From contig NIVC01004991.1 in assembly GCA_002269645.1 (NCBI GenBank), forward strand, positions 1-29,256: 29,256 nt of DNA, read 5' to 3'. The DNA comes from Macrostomum lignano (Eukaryota). The notes beneath the pieces were generated by a model. That model searched no databases, was not told the origin of the DNA, and saw nothing but the letters and a program-made list of their open reading frames with translations. Below are positions 1-10,000 of this stretch, piece after piece (within the stretch, counting starts at the first letter, position 1; every line of letters begins with the position of its first letter). The position numbers and the translations under genes are program-made.

Positions 1-358
1 GCAAATTCTGATTAGTACCCCAGCCTATGTTATCATTTGTCTCAATATTTTTTTTAGCACAAATTTGCTCCATTTCTTACTCAATTTTTGTTTAGTATGA
101 CCATGAATGTGCAAAAAAGTTCTAGAGTTTTTTTTCAGCAGATCCTATGCCTGGCTACATGTATGTAAATAAACTTGATACATATCTGAACTTGTAATGC
201 ATTTTTCCTGCTTGTGACAGTGTCCTTTTAAGTAATTGAGTGCATTAAATTTAATTAGACTTTGAATGTAAATGCTAGTATATCATAGCTTGGCTGGACA
301 CTGACAGGTAACTGTTACTTTTCAATTATATCATGTTAATTAATTAATTAATTTTTAG

Positions 359-462
359 GAATTGGCTTGGACTCGTGTGTTATACCTCTTCGACATGGCG
401 GACTGCATCTGATTCAAACTACGGACTTTTTCTATCCTCTAATTGATGATCCATACACTATG
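359..462 (+). CDS. SEPHS: Selenophosphate synthetase coding exon (internal; upstream exons with the Sec/Cys or SPS1-type site lie outside the window)
   Basis: After tttttAG (357-358) it reads (G)[34 protein letters not shown], then GTAAAT at 463. Closely matches recalled SEPHS1/2 [28 protein letters not shown]. Not in the ORF track. Confidence 0.95.
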
Positions 463-2191
463 GTAAATGCTTAGCTTATCTCTTACTTGTTTTAAGTCTG
501 TGTGTGCATTTGTTTGAAGATTCATTTTTTCTGTCAAATACTAAAATATAAAACCAGAATGCTAGCTAGTCAAAAATTTACTCTGACCAGGGCTGGCGAG
601 TATTGGTTCTGTGACTGGCCGAGTACTTTGTGTGTGGCTTCTTTTTGAAAGTTGATTAGCTGCCTTTTCTGGGAAAGAAAATCGTTAATATTCCAATCTG
701 GGGGATGCTTGTGTGCTAGGCCTCTTGGCTCTGTCTTATAAAGTCCTAATTCTGAGCCTCTGCCTAGTCCTTATGCTGCCACCAAAGTTGTCAAAGGGCT
801 AAACTCCTGCTTTATAAATGTTGGTAGCTGCCACCAGGATTATCCTATTAATAAATTATGAGTTTATCAATCTTAGAATAATCCGAGAAACGTTTCTTAG
901 AATTGATCTGAGTATATATCTTAGTATTTAGTCTGAGTATTTAGTCTGAGTATTATTCTTGGAAACTATTAGCCCTTAAAGATTTTATTCCTCTGTTATT
1001 CTGTAGCGTTTATTCGGATTCCGGTAGCGTTTGCTGTACTTTTGGCCTGAGTGGTCTATTGGCTATACTGGTATATGTATTCCATGTACTTTGCAAGTCC
1101 TTGGGCGTTACCGAGATCAGAGGGTCACAGCCTCCGGTTATTCTTACACGTATCACTTCAGATCTACTTCGTATTCTCTTACTACTCAATACTGCTGCTT
1201 CTCAATAGTATGTACTGTATACGCTTCAGTCTATTTCACTCTTACTTCTTAAAAGGAATTAACACAGAAAACACTTCTTCAAATTCTTATTTTCTCGGAA
1301 CTCTTACTATTCGCTATCAATCACTTATTGCGGAACCGCGATGCGCAAGGTAGAAGGTTAGTTCCTCTTCGCCGGAATCGCTTTTATTTATACTAAAATT
1401 TCCTATAGTTTTAAACAAAAATTCGTTAGCGCAAAATATTATAGAAAATAAGAGTATTAAAACAAAATATCTTTCTTAGTTTTGGCGTGAATTCAAATAG
1501 ACTAAACGGTGACTATTTTATAAAGAAATCGGGAGGGGCCTGCACACTTGCTATCTGCGGGATGCTTGCTGTCTTGGGGATATGTTTTCTATTTAGGTAG
1601 AGTGTCTGTTATCTTTGTGAAGGCTTTATTTTGTTGTCTTTTTGTTACTTTTAGAAAACAGACATTCATAGCAAACAATTTTACCATGATAATTTTACTC
1701 GAATAAAGTGATTTATAAAACTGAAGAAGGAATTGGTTCTTAAGAAAATGTGCTTCCTAATGGATTTGCATAAATAATTTTTGCTCCTTTCTTATTGGTC
1801 GCCTCGAAGAGGGGCACTAAATTGCTAGTTACTTTTCTAATAATCATCAAAACTTGATTCTAAACGAGTACTGAGTGCCAAATACCAATACCCAGTACAA
1901 TACCTAGGGCCGTTTCTGACTCTGAGAAGTTGCAGAAGTCTTCTCCAGACTCTATGTTTTTAGGCATTGACAGAGAGAAAATTGATAAAAGCCTTTAAAT
2001 CTTAAGAATCACAATAAAATGAAATATAAATTAATAATAATATCAAACGAATCGAATGGTATCCAAATTTAAAAACTTACACTAGTGCCGAAGTTGATGT
2101 GTCATGACATACGCTGTTTCACAACAAAACCTATCATCAGAGAACAATTTTAATAACAAACTCTAAAATAAGACAATAACAACATATACAG

Positions 2192-2512
2192 GGTCGCATC
2201 ACATGTGCCAATGTTCTAAGCGACCTATACGCTATGGGAGTGACCGAATGCGACAACATGCTAATGCTGCTTGGCGTTAGCAACAAACTGTCTACGGACG
2301 AGAAGGAGATTGTTGTTAAATTAATTATGCAAGGATTTCGCGACTGCGCACTGGAAGCTGGTACATCGATTCAAGGCGGTCAGACTGTTGTGAATCCTTG
2401 GATGGTGATTGGCGGTGTGGCTACGTCTGTTTGTCTGCCTAGCGAGTACTGCCAGCCTGATGGCGCCGTGCCTGGCGATGTGTTAGTTCTTACTAAAGCT
2501 CTGGGGACGCAG
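2192..2512 (+). CDS. SEPHS: Selenophosphate synthetase coding exon
   Basis: cAG at 2190-2191, then [27 protein letters not shown]...[17 protein letters not shown]...[13 protein letters not shown], then GTATGT at 2513. 321 nt, phase 0/0, continuous with flanking exons. Confidence 0.97.
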
Positions 2513-2619
2513 GTATGTGAATAATTTGCATTGTATTAATTGTACATGTAGTTTGCTAGCTTCTGCAGCTAATGTCAATAGAAGTTGCTTTAATCTTAAG
2601 GATGGTAGCGATTCATTCT

Positions 2620-3528
2620 TGTGACCCTGTTTCACTCCATGAGTCTCTTCAGGTGTACTGTCGCTCTTCCGTAGTCTCTACAGGTGTAGTGTCACTCTCT
2701 TCCTTAGACTCTTTAGGTGTACTGTCACCTGGGTTTTTTTGTGCGAATGGGTGCGAATAGCATCCTGGTCTTAAAAATTGCACCCTGAAATTTGACTCAG
2801 GGTGCGAAAAGCGCACCCAAATTTTTGCAAGGATGTGATGCGGGTTTTACAATTTAGTGTTTTACTGTTATGGACATCTTAAGTCCGTAACTTCGTATTC
2901 TTAGAATTAGCCAGTAATTTTTTGAATCTTTAATTAATGTAAAGCAATTAAGTTAAGCATTTGGAATTTGGAATTTGGATCATCATTGGATGGTTTGGAT
3001 GGACAAAAACTTTGAAACACTATTAGTATTAGACCAGTTTTTGTCTGCAGCAGTGCAGCGCATCCTGGTCTTGAAAATCGCACCCTGAAATCTAGCACAG
3101 GGTGCGAAATCGCACCCAAGTTATGGACGAAAAAAAAACCAGACTGTCACTCTCTTCCTTAGACTCTTCAGGTGTACTGTCACTCTCTTCCTTAGTCTCT
3201 TTAGGTGTACTGTCACTCTCTTCCTTAGTCTCTTTAGGTGTACTGTCACTCTCTTCCTTAGTCTCTTTAGGTGTACTGTCACTCTCTTCCTTAGACTCTT
3301 CAGGTGTACTGTCACTCTCTTCCTTAGACTCTTCAGGTGTACTGTCACTCTCTTTCTTAGTCTCTTTAGGTGTACTGTCACTCTCTTCCTTAGTTTCCTT
3401 AGGTGTACTGTCACTCTCTTCCTTAGTCTCTTTAGGTGTACTGTCACTCTCTTCCTTAGTTTCCTTAGGTGTACTGTCACTCTTCCTTAGTCTCAACAGG
3501 TGTACTGTCACTCTTTTCTTTAGTCTCT
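2620..3528. repeat. 33-bp minisatellite (gtgtactgtcactctcttccttagtctctttag) in a SEPHS intron, split by a MITE
   Basis: About 3 diverged units at 2620-2728 and about 11-12 units at 3143-3528. Explains the 11-aa periodic ORFs on both strands. Confidence 0.95.
2729..3142. mobile_element. 414-bp MITE with an 8-bp target-site duplication (hAT/P/Merlin-type TSD length)
   Basis: Ends CTGGGTTTTTTT and AAAAAAAACCAG are inverted repeats. Flanked by actgtcac at 2721-2728 and 3143-3150. Internal ~60-bp direct repeat at 2761-2820 and 3061-3119, each with a gcaccctg...cagggtgc palindrome. Confidence 0.85.
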
Positions 3529-3636
3529 ATATTAGCTACCTCTCCTACATTCCTAGGTACCTTAATATTGGCTGCACTCACTTCCTCTTCTCATGCTGAA
3601 TCTGCTAAAAATGTTTGAAACACTTCCAAAATACAG

Positions 3637-4035
3637 GTAGCAGTGAATGTACACCAGTGGCTAATTGAACAGTCGGATCGTTGGCGTCAGGTATCAACGG
3701 TGCTCACTGAGCAGCAAGCACGTCAGGCTTATCAGTCAGCAACCAGACAGATGGCTCGCCTTAATCGCACCGCGGCCCGTCTGATGCGGCAGTACAATGC
3801 TCACGCGTGCACCGACGTGACCGGCTTCGGACTGTTAGGGCACGCCAACAATTTGGCAGCTTGCCAGAAAGCCGACGTGTCTATGGTGGTGCATAATCTG
3901 CCAATCATTGCCGGTATGGCGGCTGCTAGCGCTCATCTGGGCGGTGCTTTCGGTTTGTTGCGAGGCACTTCGGCTGAGACTTCCGGCGGATTGTTAGTTG
4001 CTATGTCTAGAACTGATGCGGCAGAGTATTGCAAG
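3637..4035 (+). CDS. SEPHS: Selenophosphate synthetase coding exon
   Basis: cAG at 3635-3636, then VAVNVHQWL...[32 protein letters not shown]...[11 protein letters not shown]...EYCK, then GTGAGG at 4036. 399 nt; carries the family motifs TD(V/I)TGFG(L/I)LGH and SAETSGGLL. Confidence 0.97.
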
Positions 4036-4090
4036 GTGAGGATCATTTCTTTATGTATTGTATTTATTTAGCATTTTAATAGTAAATTGA

Positions 4091-4320
4091 TTACACCTGC
4101 CCCAATCGCAGCTATTGCGCAGCGCATCTGAAAGCTGCGTACGGCTGTTCAGTCCACGGACTGGGGGTCGGCACACACCCTCAGTTACCCCAGCTAAATG
4201 CTGGCACCCATTTTACAACTGGATGAACTGAAGCAATACAGAGTTAAGTGTCTTGCTTAAGGACACAAATTGCTCCGATTGTGGGATCGGGAATCGAACC
4301 CTCGACCTTCAAGTTGCGAG
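4091..4320 (-). mobile_element. tRNA-derived SINE (5'-truncated), family A
   Basis: B-box GGTTCGATTCCC on the minus strand (4289-4300), followed by the ttgtgtcctt(a/g)agcaagacacttaac core typical of animal SINE superfamilies. Body is shared with the copies at 4452 and 9834. Confidence 0.8.
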
Positions 4321-4451
4321 TCAAATCAAATCAAATCAAAATTAGTATATCGATAGATTTTGCACTGTTTGTCTGCCTGTGTAATTCATTTTTTCAAGAA
4401 TCATCTGGCGAAGAAATAATAGCCGATATGTATCGTTTGTCGATCTGCTTG

Positions 4452-4555
4452 GAACAATTTGTGTCCTTGAGCCAGACACTTAACTCTGCATTGCTTCAAT
4501 TCACCCAGCTGTAAAATAGGTGCCAGCCATTTAGGTGTCTATGGCGACCCCTCCA
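4452..4555 (+). mobile_element. SINE family A fragment, inverted relative to 4091-4320
   Basis: gaacaatttgtgtccttgagccagacacttaactctgcattgcttca...gtgccagc...ggactgaacag aligns with the reverse complement of about 4140-4270. Confidence 0.8.
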
Positions 4556-4635
4556 GTCGTTGGACTGAACAGTTACTATGTTCTATCCTATTAATAAAAT
4601 CTAAAAGATAATCATTTCCAAATTCTATTTCAAAG

Positions 4636-4773
4636 GCTCTCGAAGCCACGTCAAGCTCTGACGGCGGCGGTGCAGCATGGATTGTTGGTGTTGTTGAAGC
4701 TGGCAGTCGGTCAGCTGTCATTGCTGACAAGCCGCGTATTATTGAAGTCAATGCCGCTGGTAATACCGAGTAA
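4636..4773 (+). CDS. SEPHS: Selenophosphate synthetase last coding exon
   Basis: aAG at 4634-4635, then ALEATSSSDGGGAAWIVGVVEAGSRSAVIADKPRIIEVNAAGNTE*. Matches the recalled C-terminus [25 protein letters not shown]. TAA at 4771-4773. Not in the ORF track. Confidence 0.93.
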   Translation, partial: ALEATSSSDGGGAAWIVGVVEAGSRSAVIADKPRIIEVNAAGNTE

Positions 4774-5703
4774 AATTTATTTTCAATAGTTGAGGCAGTA
4801 GAATCAGTCCGTTGTTTTTGTGTGCAGTCCTCAAAGTTGACTATCTGTGCTGAATTTTAACAAAAGCCTTTGCATCCTTGAATTGCTTTATGGCAATCGG
4901 TTCTTAAGAGCAGACTATTGAATTTTTTCTTAGAAAGAGGAGTCCAAGCCTATTCCAAGTTGTTTTTGCCAATTTTACCTGACTTATTCATTGCTGTCAT
5001 GTTTTGATTATCAATCCATTTGTCTGATGATTTTTTCTGGTACTCTTTCAGATCGATAAACACAGGAACGTTTTTTCATTAGAAATTCAAATATAGAAAA
5101 TTACGCAAATAAATCAGTGGTTTAAATCTGACACTTAATAAGCGTACTTTAAGATTTCGAAGCTCGAAAGTTTACTAGCTCGAAACTTCATTAAGCTCAA
5201 TTTTTGACAATTTCAACGACAAACCTGATTGCATACCATTTCAACCTACTATTTTTATATTAGCACAATTGATTTAGCTTCGCGGCCTTCAAATTATGCT
5301 GTAAGTCCGGTGAATGGTGCTTAAGGTGATCAATGTTTTTGGGCTGAAAGCTTACAAACAGGCTGAAATGGTATGCAATTAGTTTTGTGTGAGGCAGATT
5401 TCAGTGCAATACCTTTCTACCTCGTCGATAGTTTTCAACAATACAGATGACTTTCAAGATGTGACTGCAAAATCGTAAAATCAAAGTTTGCCCTTGTGAA
5501 AACGTTTCTGTGTTTGGTTAAGAAGGCTACTAGTTTTGTCCTAATTGTTAATGTCATTTATGATTTCCTGTAGCTAACAACACACGATATTAATTCAAGT
5601 CAGTAAAATTGTTGTTTCATTTCAAGAATTCGGGAATTCAATCGTAGCAAAATGGTACGCTCTTTTTATAGGTCTATGCATTGCGATTCGGACAGTAATA
5701 AAC

Positions 5704-5759
5704 ATGACGATACAGTTTGAAAATCAGTTCGTTGTTAAAACTGACCGACTGTGTCCGAA
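5704..5759 (+). promoter_or_regulatory. Candidate type-II SECIS element in the SEPHS 3' region
   Basis: ATGA 5704-5707; helix II GATACAGTTTG (5709-5719) pairs with CCGACTGTGTC (5745-5755), 10 of 11 pairs including G-U; apical AAAA 5720-5723; helix III TCAGTT/AACTGA (5724-5729/5739-5744); 3' core CGAA 5756-5759. Helix I is weak and a competing pairing exists. Confidence 0.55.
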
Positions 5760-5992
5760 TAGAAGATGGAGGAATGCCTCCCTTATCCGATCGCATTGCT
5801 TTGACTGGGGCTGTGTGATTTTAAAAACAAGTTGCTGTGGTTCTTTGTTTTTTTTCAAATCTAGCTTGTAGAAGTTGTAAAGCTTTTTCTTGAAGTTAAG
5901 TTCAATTTATATTTATTTAGCCAACAGCTATGAAGTTTTAAAGAAATACTGGAAAATATTGTTTAGTGACTAATTACTAAATGAGAATCAGA

Positions 5993-6330
5993 AGTGACTG
6001 TATGTGACTGTATGATGAGGATTAGAAGTTTCTCTATGATGAGGATCATAAGCGACTCTTTAGTGAGGATCAAGAGTGACTTTAGGGAGGAATAATATTG
6101 ACTTTTTAGTGAGGATCAAAAGTGACTCTTTAGTGAGGATCAGGATTGACTCTATGGTGAGGATGAGGAGTGACTCTGGTGAGGATCAGGAGTGACTCTA
6201 CGGTGGGGATCAGGAGTAACTATGGTGAAGATCGTGAGTGACCCTACGGTGGGACTCAGGAGGGACTCTAATGAGGAATAGGTTAACTCTTATGAGGATC
6301 AGGAGTGACTCTCCAATAAGGATTATGAGT
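5993..6330. repeat. Degenerate 24-bp minisatellite (gtgactctatggtgaggatcagga)
   Basis: About 14 imperfect units visible directly in the sequence. Confidence 0.9.
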
Positions 6331-6599
6331 AAATACTTAAGTTAAAATTTCAAATGTGCTCTTTTAGGTGAAAAATTATTAATCAATAAAGCATTTGTTT
6401 ACGTGCATTGCTTCTACTTAGCTAGGCATATATACAAGCTAATTAAAACCTCACGTATTGAATCTGCTAGTAAACTGAGCTAACTAGCACAGTAGCGAAG
6501 ATTTGCTTGATATCTTGTATTTTCGTTCCAGAGCTCATAAGTCAATCGATATTCTGTCAATCTTTGAATAAAACATCAAGTAAGATAAAAAACGTAAAA

Positions 6600-8233
6600 A
6601 TGTCGAATACTGAACAAGAAGCAACCAAATGCATCTCGCGGTTTTGCGAACGGACAGCTGATGGCGAAAGTCCCTTCTCTGGTTTTCCTTTGTGCCAAGA
6701 ACATCTTGACGAAGATTTGCAAAGATGTGAAAATCGAAAGGCTGATATTCTTGAAAAGCTCGATAAGCTCTCTTGCAAGTTGGGGAGACAGTCGCTTCAG
6801 TTAGAGAAGCAGGCTTTGGCTATAGAAATCCAGGAGATTGCCGATATGTTCGATTCCATTCAAGAAAATCTACAGCAGTGGAAAGAAAAACTTATTTCGA
6901 GTGTGCAGAACGTGCACGATGGTGTGTCTGACAGGCTTGAAATTGCATCTGAATCAGACGTATGCGCCAAAGACATAGCTACAGTGTCTAACTCTGGGAA
7001 TATGCGCGACCTGATACAGCTTACAGTGTCCATGGAATCCTGGCTAGATGCTGCCACTAGAAAAACTGCTGAATTTGATCAAAAAGAGCTCAGTTGCGAC
7101 AGCGACAGAACAATAATTTTGGTATTCGTTCTGTCGGAGATGTCGCTGCTGGTGTCCAGCACTTGCAAAATTTGTTTGACAGGCATCTGAACGACGTGAT
7201 GAAGACTTGCTGGCTTGATGATGGGGAAACTAAACCAACAGGAATGTTAGAGCAGGATTCTGAAATAGGCGATTTAACGAGCAAACCAACACATGTTGCA
7301 GCGTGCACTAACACTGCTGGATTTTTCGGCGATGCCTCAGGTCGGGTAGTTCGAGCTGACTCAGTTTGGCATGAAATCTCCCAAACGTTGCCACAGCCTT
7401 GTATTTTTGTGGCCTTTGAAAATCAGAGCGCCGACCATCTATTGGTACTGTCACTTGATGGTTCGGTGAGACTTAAATGTCAAGGTGAGTCAGTCAGCGG
7501 TCAAACCGCTATCAAAGGATTCGAGTGCGACAGTAGACGCCAGCTGTTGTATGTTGGCCGTGCAAATCTTGTTTCTGTTGCTGACTTAAGTGGCACTCTG
7601 CTTCATACTATAGACGGTGAACGTATCAAGCGTCCTTTTGGTACCGTTCACGGCATGACAGCCAACTCTGATAAGTTGTTTATGCTTTGTTCGACAGACA
7701 ACGTATTACTGTGTATTAATAAAGATTCACTTCTAGTCGACTCAGAAATCAGATCTAGAGTATTTAACTGTTTAACATCTGCCTCTGTTGGAGTCGGACT
7801 ACATGGCGGTAAAATTATACTTTCGGATGCAAAATTGGTGACTCAAGGAAAAACTAGGAAGTACAAAACTTCGGTCTACAAGATTTGCAGTGTCAGTGGC
7901 GAACTAATTCGTTGCGTTAATTTTGTGAGTTCTTTGCCTGATGAAAATAGACACATGTGCCAAGTTTCGGTCTCTAACACTGGCTTCTTATTCTTGTGCA
8001 ACTTGGCAACATTGAGAGTTTTATCTGGTTACAATTTTGAGAGTTTAGCTTCTACTTCTCACTCGGAAGCACCAAGCGATCTGGCTCTGCTGCAGTCGCA
8101 GATTATTGTGACAAGTACCGGTACTAATGTATTCTCGAGTCGGTCAAAATTGCACTGTTATAAGTTTCATGGTGAGTTGAAAATTATGCATGTATGTAAA
8201 ATCCTCCACGGTGAAAATTTCAAGAACAGCTAA
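6600..8233 (+). CDS. ZnF-coiled coil-beta-propeller paralogue 1 (intronless; one-base frameshift at about 7081-7085; about 544 aa if repaired)
   Basis: ATG 6600 (MSNTEQ). ORF 6507-7190 and ORF 7094-8233 are consecutive halves homologous to 12506-14104. Adding one A to the A5 run gives EFDQKRAQLRQ, in register with EHEELRAELKQ and IFDDFRARLRE of the paralogues. Confidence 0.85.
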
Positions 8234-8634
8234 ACCATAAATTTAGCCGTTATTCATGGCTTTATTAGCTTAATTAGCTCGTAGCACGCTGTGTTTTAAT
8301 AATTTGTGTTTTTACACTTCTGATAAGAAATTATGTAACACACGCTTATGCAATTAAAGTAGTCTGTTCATCAAGTCAAGAGCTTCTGTTAACATTTGAT
8401 TTAATGGAACATTGAATGATTTCGAATCTTTGTTGTCTATAAAGTTTCGAAGTTGTAAAGATGGGGATATTGTTGTTTTTATTTATTTCTAATTACAGTT
8501 TGATTATTTGTTCTTTTTAAGTGATTCAATTGAGTTATACGAGCCGTATTTATGTTAGTCGTAGCCCGCTATTGTAAATTATACGTTTAAGTGCCCAGGA
8601 ATAGAAAAAAGGTAGTCGCTGATGTGTAGCTGTC

Positions 8635-8920
8635 TATACTCAGCAACATTGGAAAATTGCCATCACAGAAGATTCCGTCTGTGGTCGCCACTTTTCAAAG
8701 TGTAGGTAAAGTCTCTCAATCTTGCGAGTGACGCAACTTACATGTAGCTACGCCACGCGACAACATTTAGGTTGAGGAATGAAGTGGGGGAATCTCGGTG
8801 TGCGAGGATTAGACGGATTAAAGCTACCCCTCAGTTTTATCGTATCATTTATTTCAGAATTGTCAAAGATAAATGCTCACTGGTGCATATAGTGACGACT
8901 TTTCAATGTTGCTGAGTATA
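8635..8920. mobile_element. 286-bp MITE, Tc1/mariner-like (TA flanks)
   Basis: TATACTCAGCAACATTGGAAA (8635-8655) versus the reverse complement of 8900-8920, TATACTCAGCAACATTGAAAA: 20 of 21 identical, including terminal TA. Confidence 0.85.
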
Positions 8921-9286
8921 CTTAATAGTTATTTATTATTCTATACTGGGGTGGGATATTGGGATATTACAGGTTGTAGCTGTTACAGGGGTGTTTATTT
9001 ATAGTTTAATCCTACTGTTTTGCTACCAAATTGTGACGGGCCTCTTTTGGGGAAATTATACTGCTGCTGTCTAATTTGTTATAAGGGGGGGGGGGCGGGT
9101 CGGGGTTACTGGCTTTTACAAGAATTATTTTGGGAATTTCGTAGGATTTGGGGAGAATATGCAATTTCTACTACTAAAAGGAGTATGCTTTAAAGTTACT
9201 CCTGGTGGCGTGAGTGTCCGAGCGGCAAGACACTATATTTCTACTCAGTCCGGATATCTAAGGAGGGGAAGGGGAATAAGGGCTTC

Positions 9287-9625
9287 GCGGTCGAAAAATC
9301 ACATCGTCGAAAAGCATCCACCATCACAAGCTCGAAAAGTCATAAGCTCGAAAAATCATATCGTCGAAAAGTTTAGCAACCACCATCACAAGCTCGAAAA
9401 CTCACAAGCTCGAAAACTCACATCGTCGAAAACTGATTTAGCAACCACCATCACAAGCTCGAAAAATCATATCGTTGAAAAGTTAAGCAACCACCATCAC
9501 AAGCTCGAAAAATCACATCGTCGAAAACTGATTTAGCAGCCACCATCACAAGCTCGTAAAGTCATAAGCTCGAAAAATCACATCGTCGAAAAGTTTAGCA
9601 ACCACCATCATAAGCTCAAAAAGTC
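9287..9625. repeat. Complex tandem array of cacaagctcgaaaa / cacatcgtcgaaaa / gcaaccaccat modules (probably TE subterminal repeats)
   Basis: Repeated modules visible directly; related aagctcgaaa motifs at about 5155-5200. Explains ORF 9159-9536. Confidence 0.8.
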
Positions 9626-9833
9626 TTAAAGAATTAATTATTTATATTTATATTTATTCATATTTAAAGAATAAAAGTTGCTCTTAGAATAGTCTATGGC
9701 AAAAACTCAAGCCCTACTTATCACAGCTTCACAACAAGAGTAGGCTGGTGTGATTTCAATTCTTGCACCGATTTTTTAAACAAAAATGCTCGAATCGGCA
9801 TTCTGTGTATATTCTGTGATTGTCGACCCACTC

Positions 9834-10000
9834 AGAACAATTTGTGTCGTTGAGCAAGACGCTTAACTCTGCATTGCTTCATTAACTATTAGCTTTAAAA
9901 TGGATGCCAGCATTAGTTAGGGCAGTTGAAAGTGTGTGTCACCCCCAGTCCTTGGACTGACAGCCGTATGCAGCCTTCAGATGCGCTGCGCAAAAGCTGT
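9834..10000 (+). mobile_element. SINE family A copy
   Basis: agaacaatttgtgtcgttgagcaagacgcttaactctgcattgcttca...cccccagtccttggactgacagccgtatgcagccttcagatgcgctgcgcaa matches the reverse complement of 4110-4270. Confidence 0.85.

Noticed and set aside
139-307. Possible SEPHS micro-exons (139-160 ADPMPGY-like; 289-307 LGWTLT)
   Set aside because: They have AG/GT flanks, but the phases are incoherent or the peptides do not match the family, and tacatgtatgta is a common motif here. Needs RNA-seq.
1031-1353. ORFs in the first SEPHS intron
   Set aside because: Non-ATG starts, low-complexity Tyr/Ser/Leu composition and no recognisable homology; probably a decayed repeat.
3092-3599. Three repetitive ORFs (EESDSTPKETK, GVLSLSSLVSL, KRVTVHLKRLR repeats)
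   Set aside because: These are translations of the 33-bp intronic minisatellite; 33 is a multiple of 3, so frames stay open by chance.
5020-5600. Other ATGA/GTGA...AA SECIS-like strings (about 5026, 5450, 5462, 5559)
   Set aside because: No helix II partner followed by a GA core.
2620-6330. CRISPR-like appearance of the 33-bp and 24-bp arrays
   Set aside because: Units are contiguous with no unique spacers, there are no cas genes, and the context is eukaryotic.
7076-7095. Programmed minus-one ribosomal frameshift in paralogue 1
   Set aside because: No in-frame X-XXY-YYZ heptamer, and both paralogues are continuous at this position.
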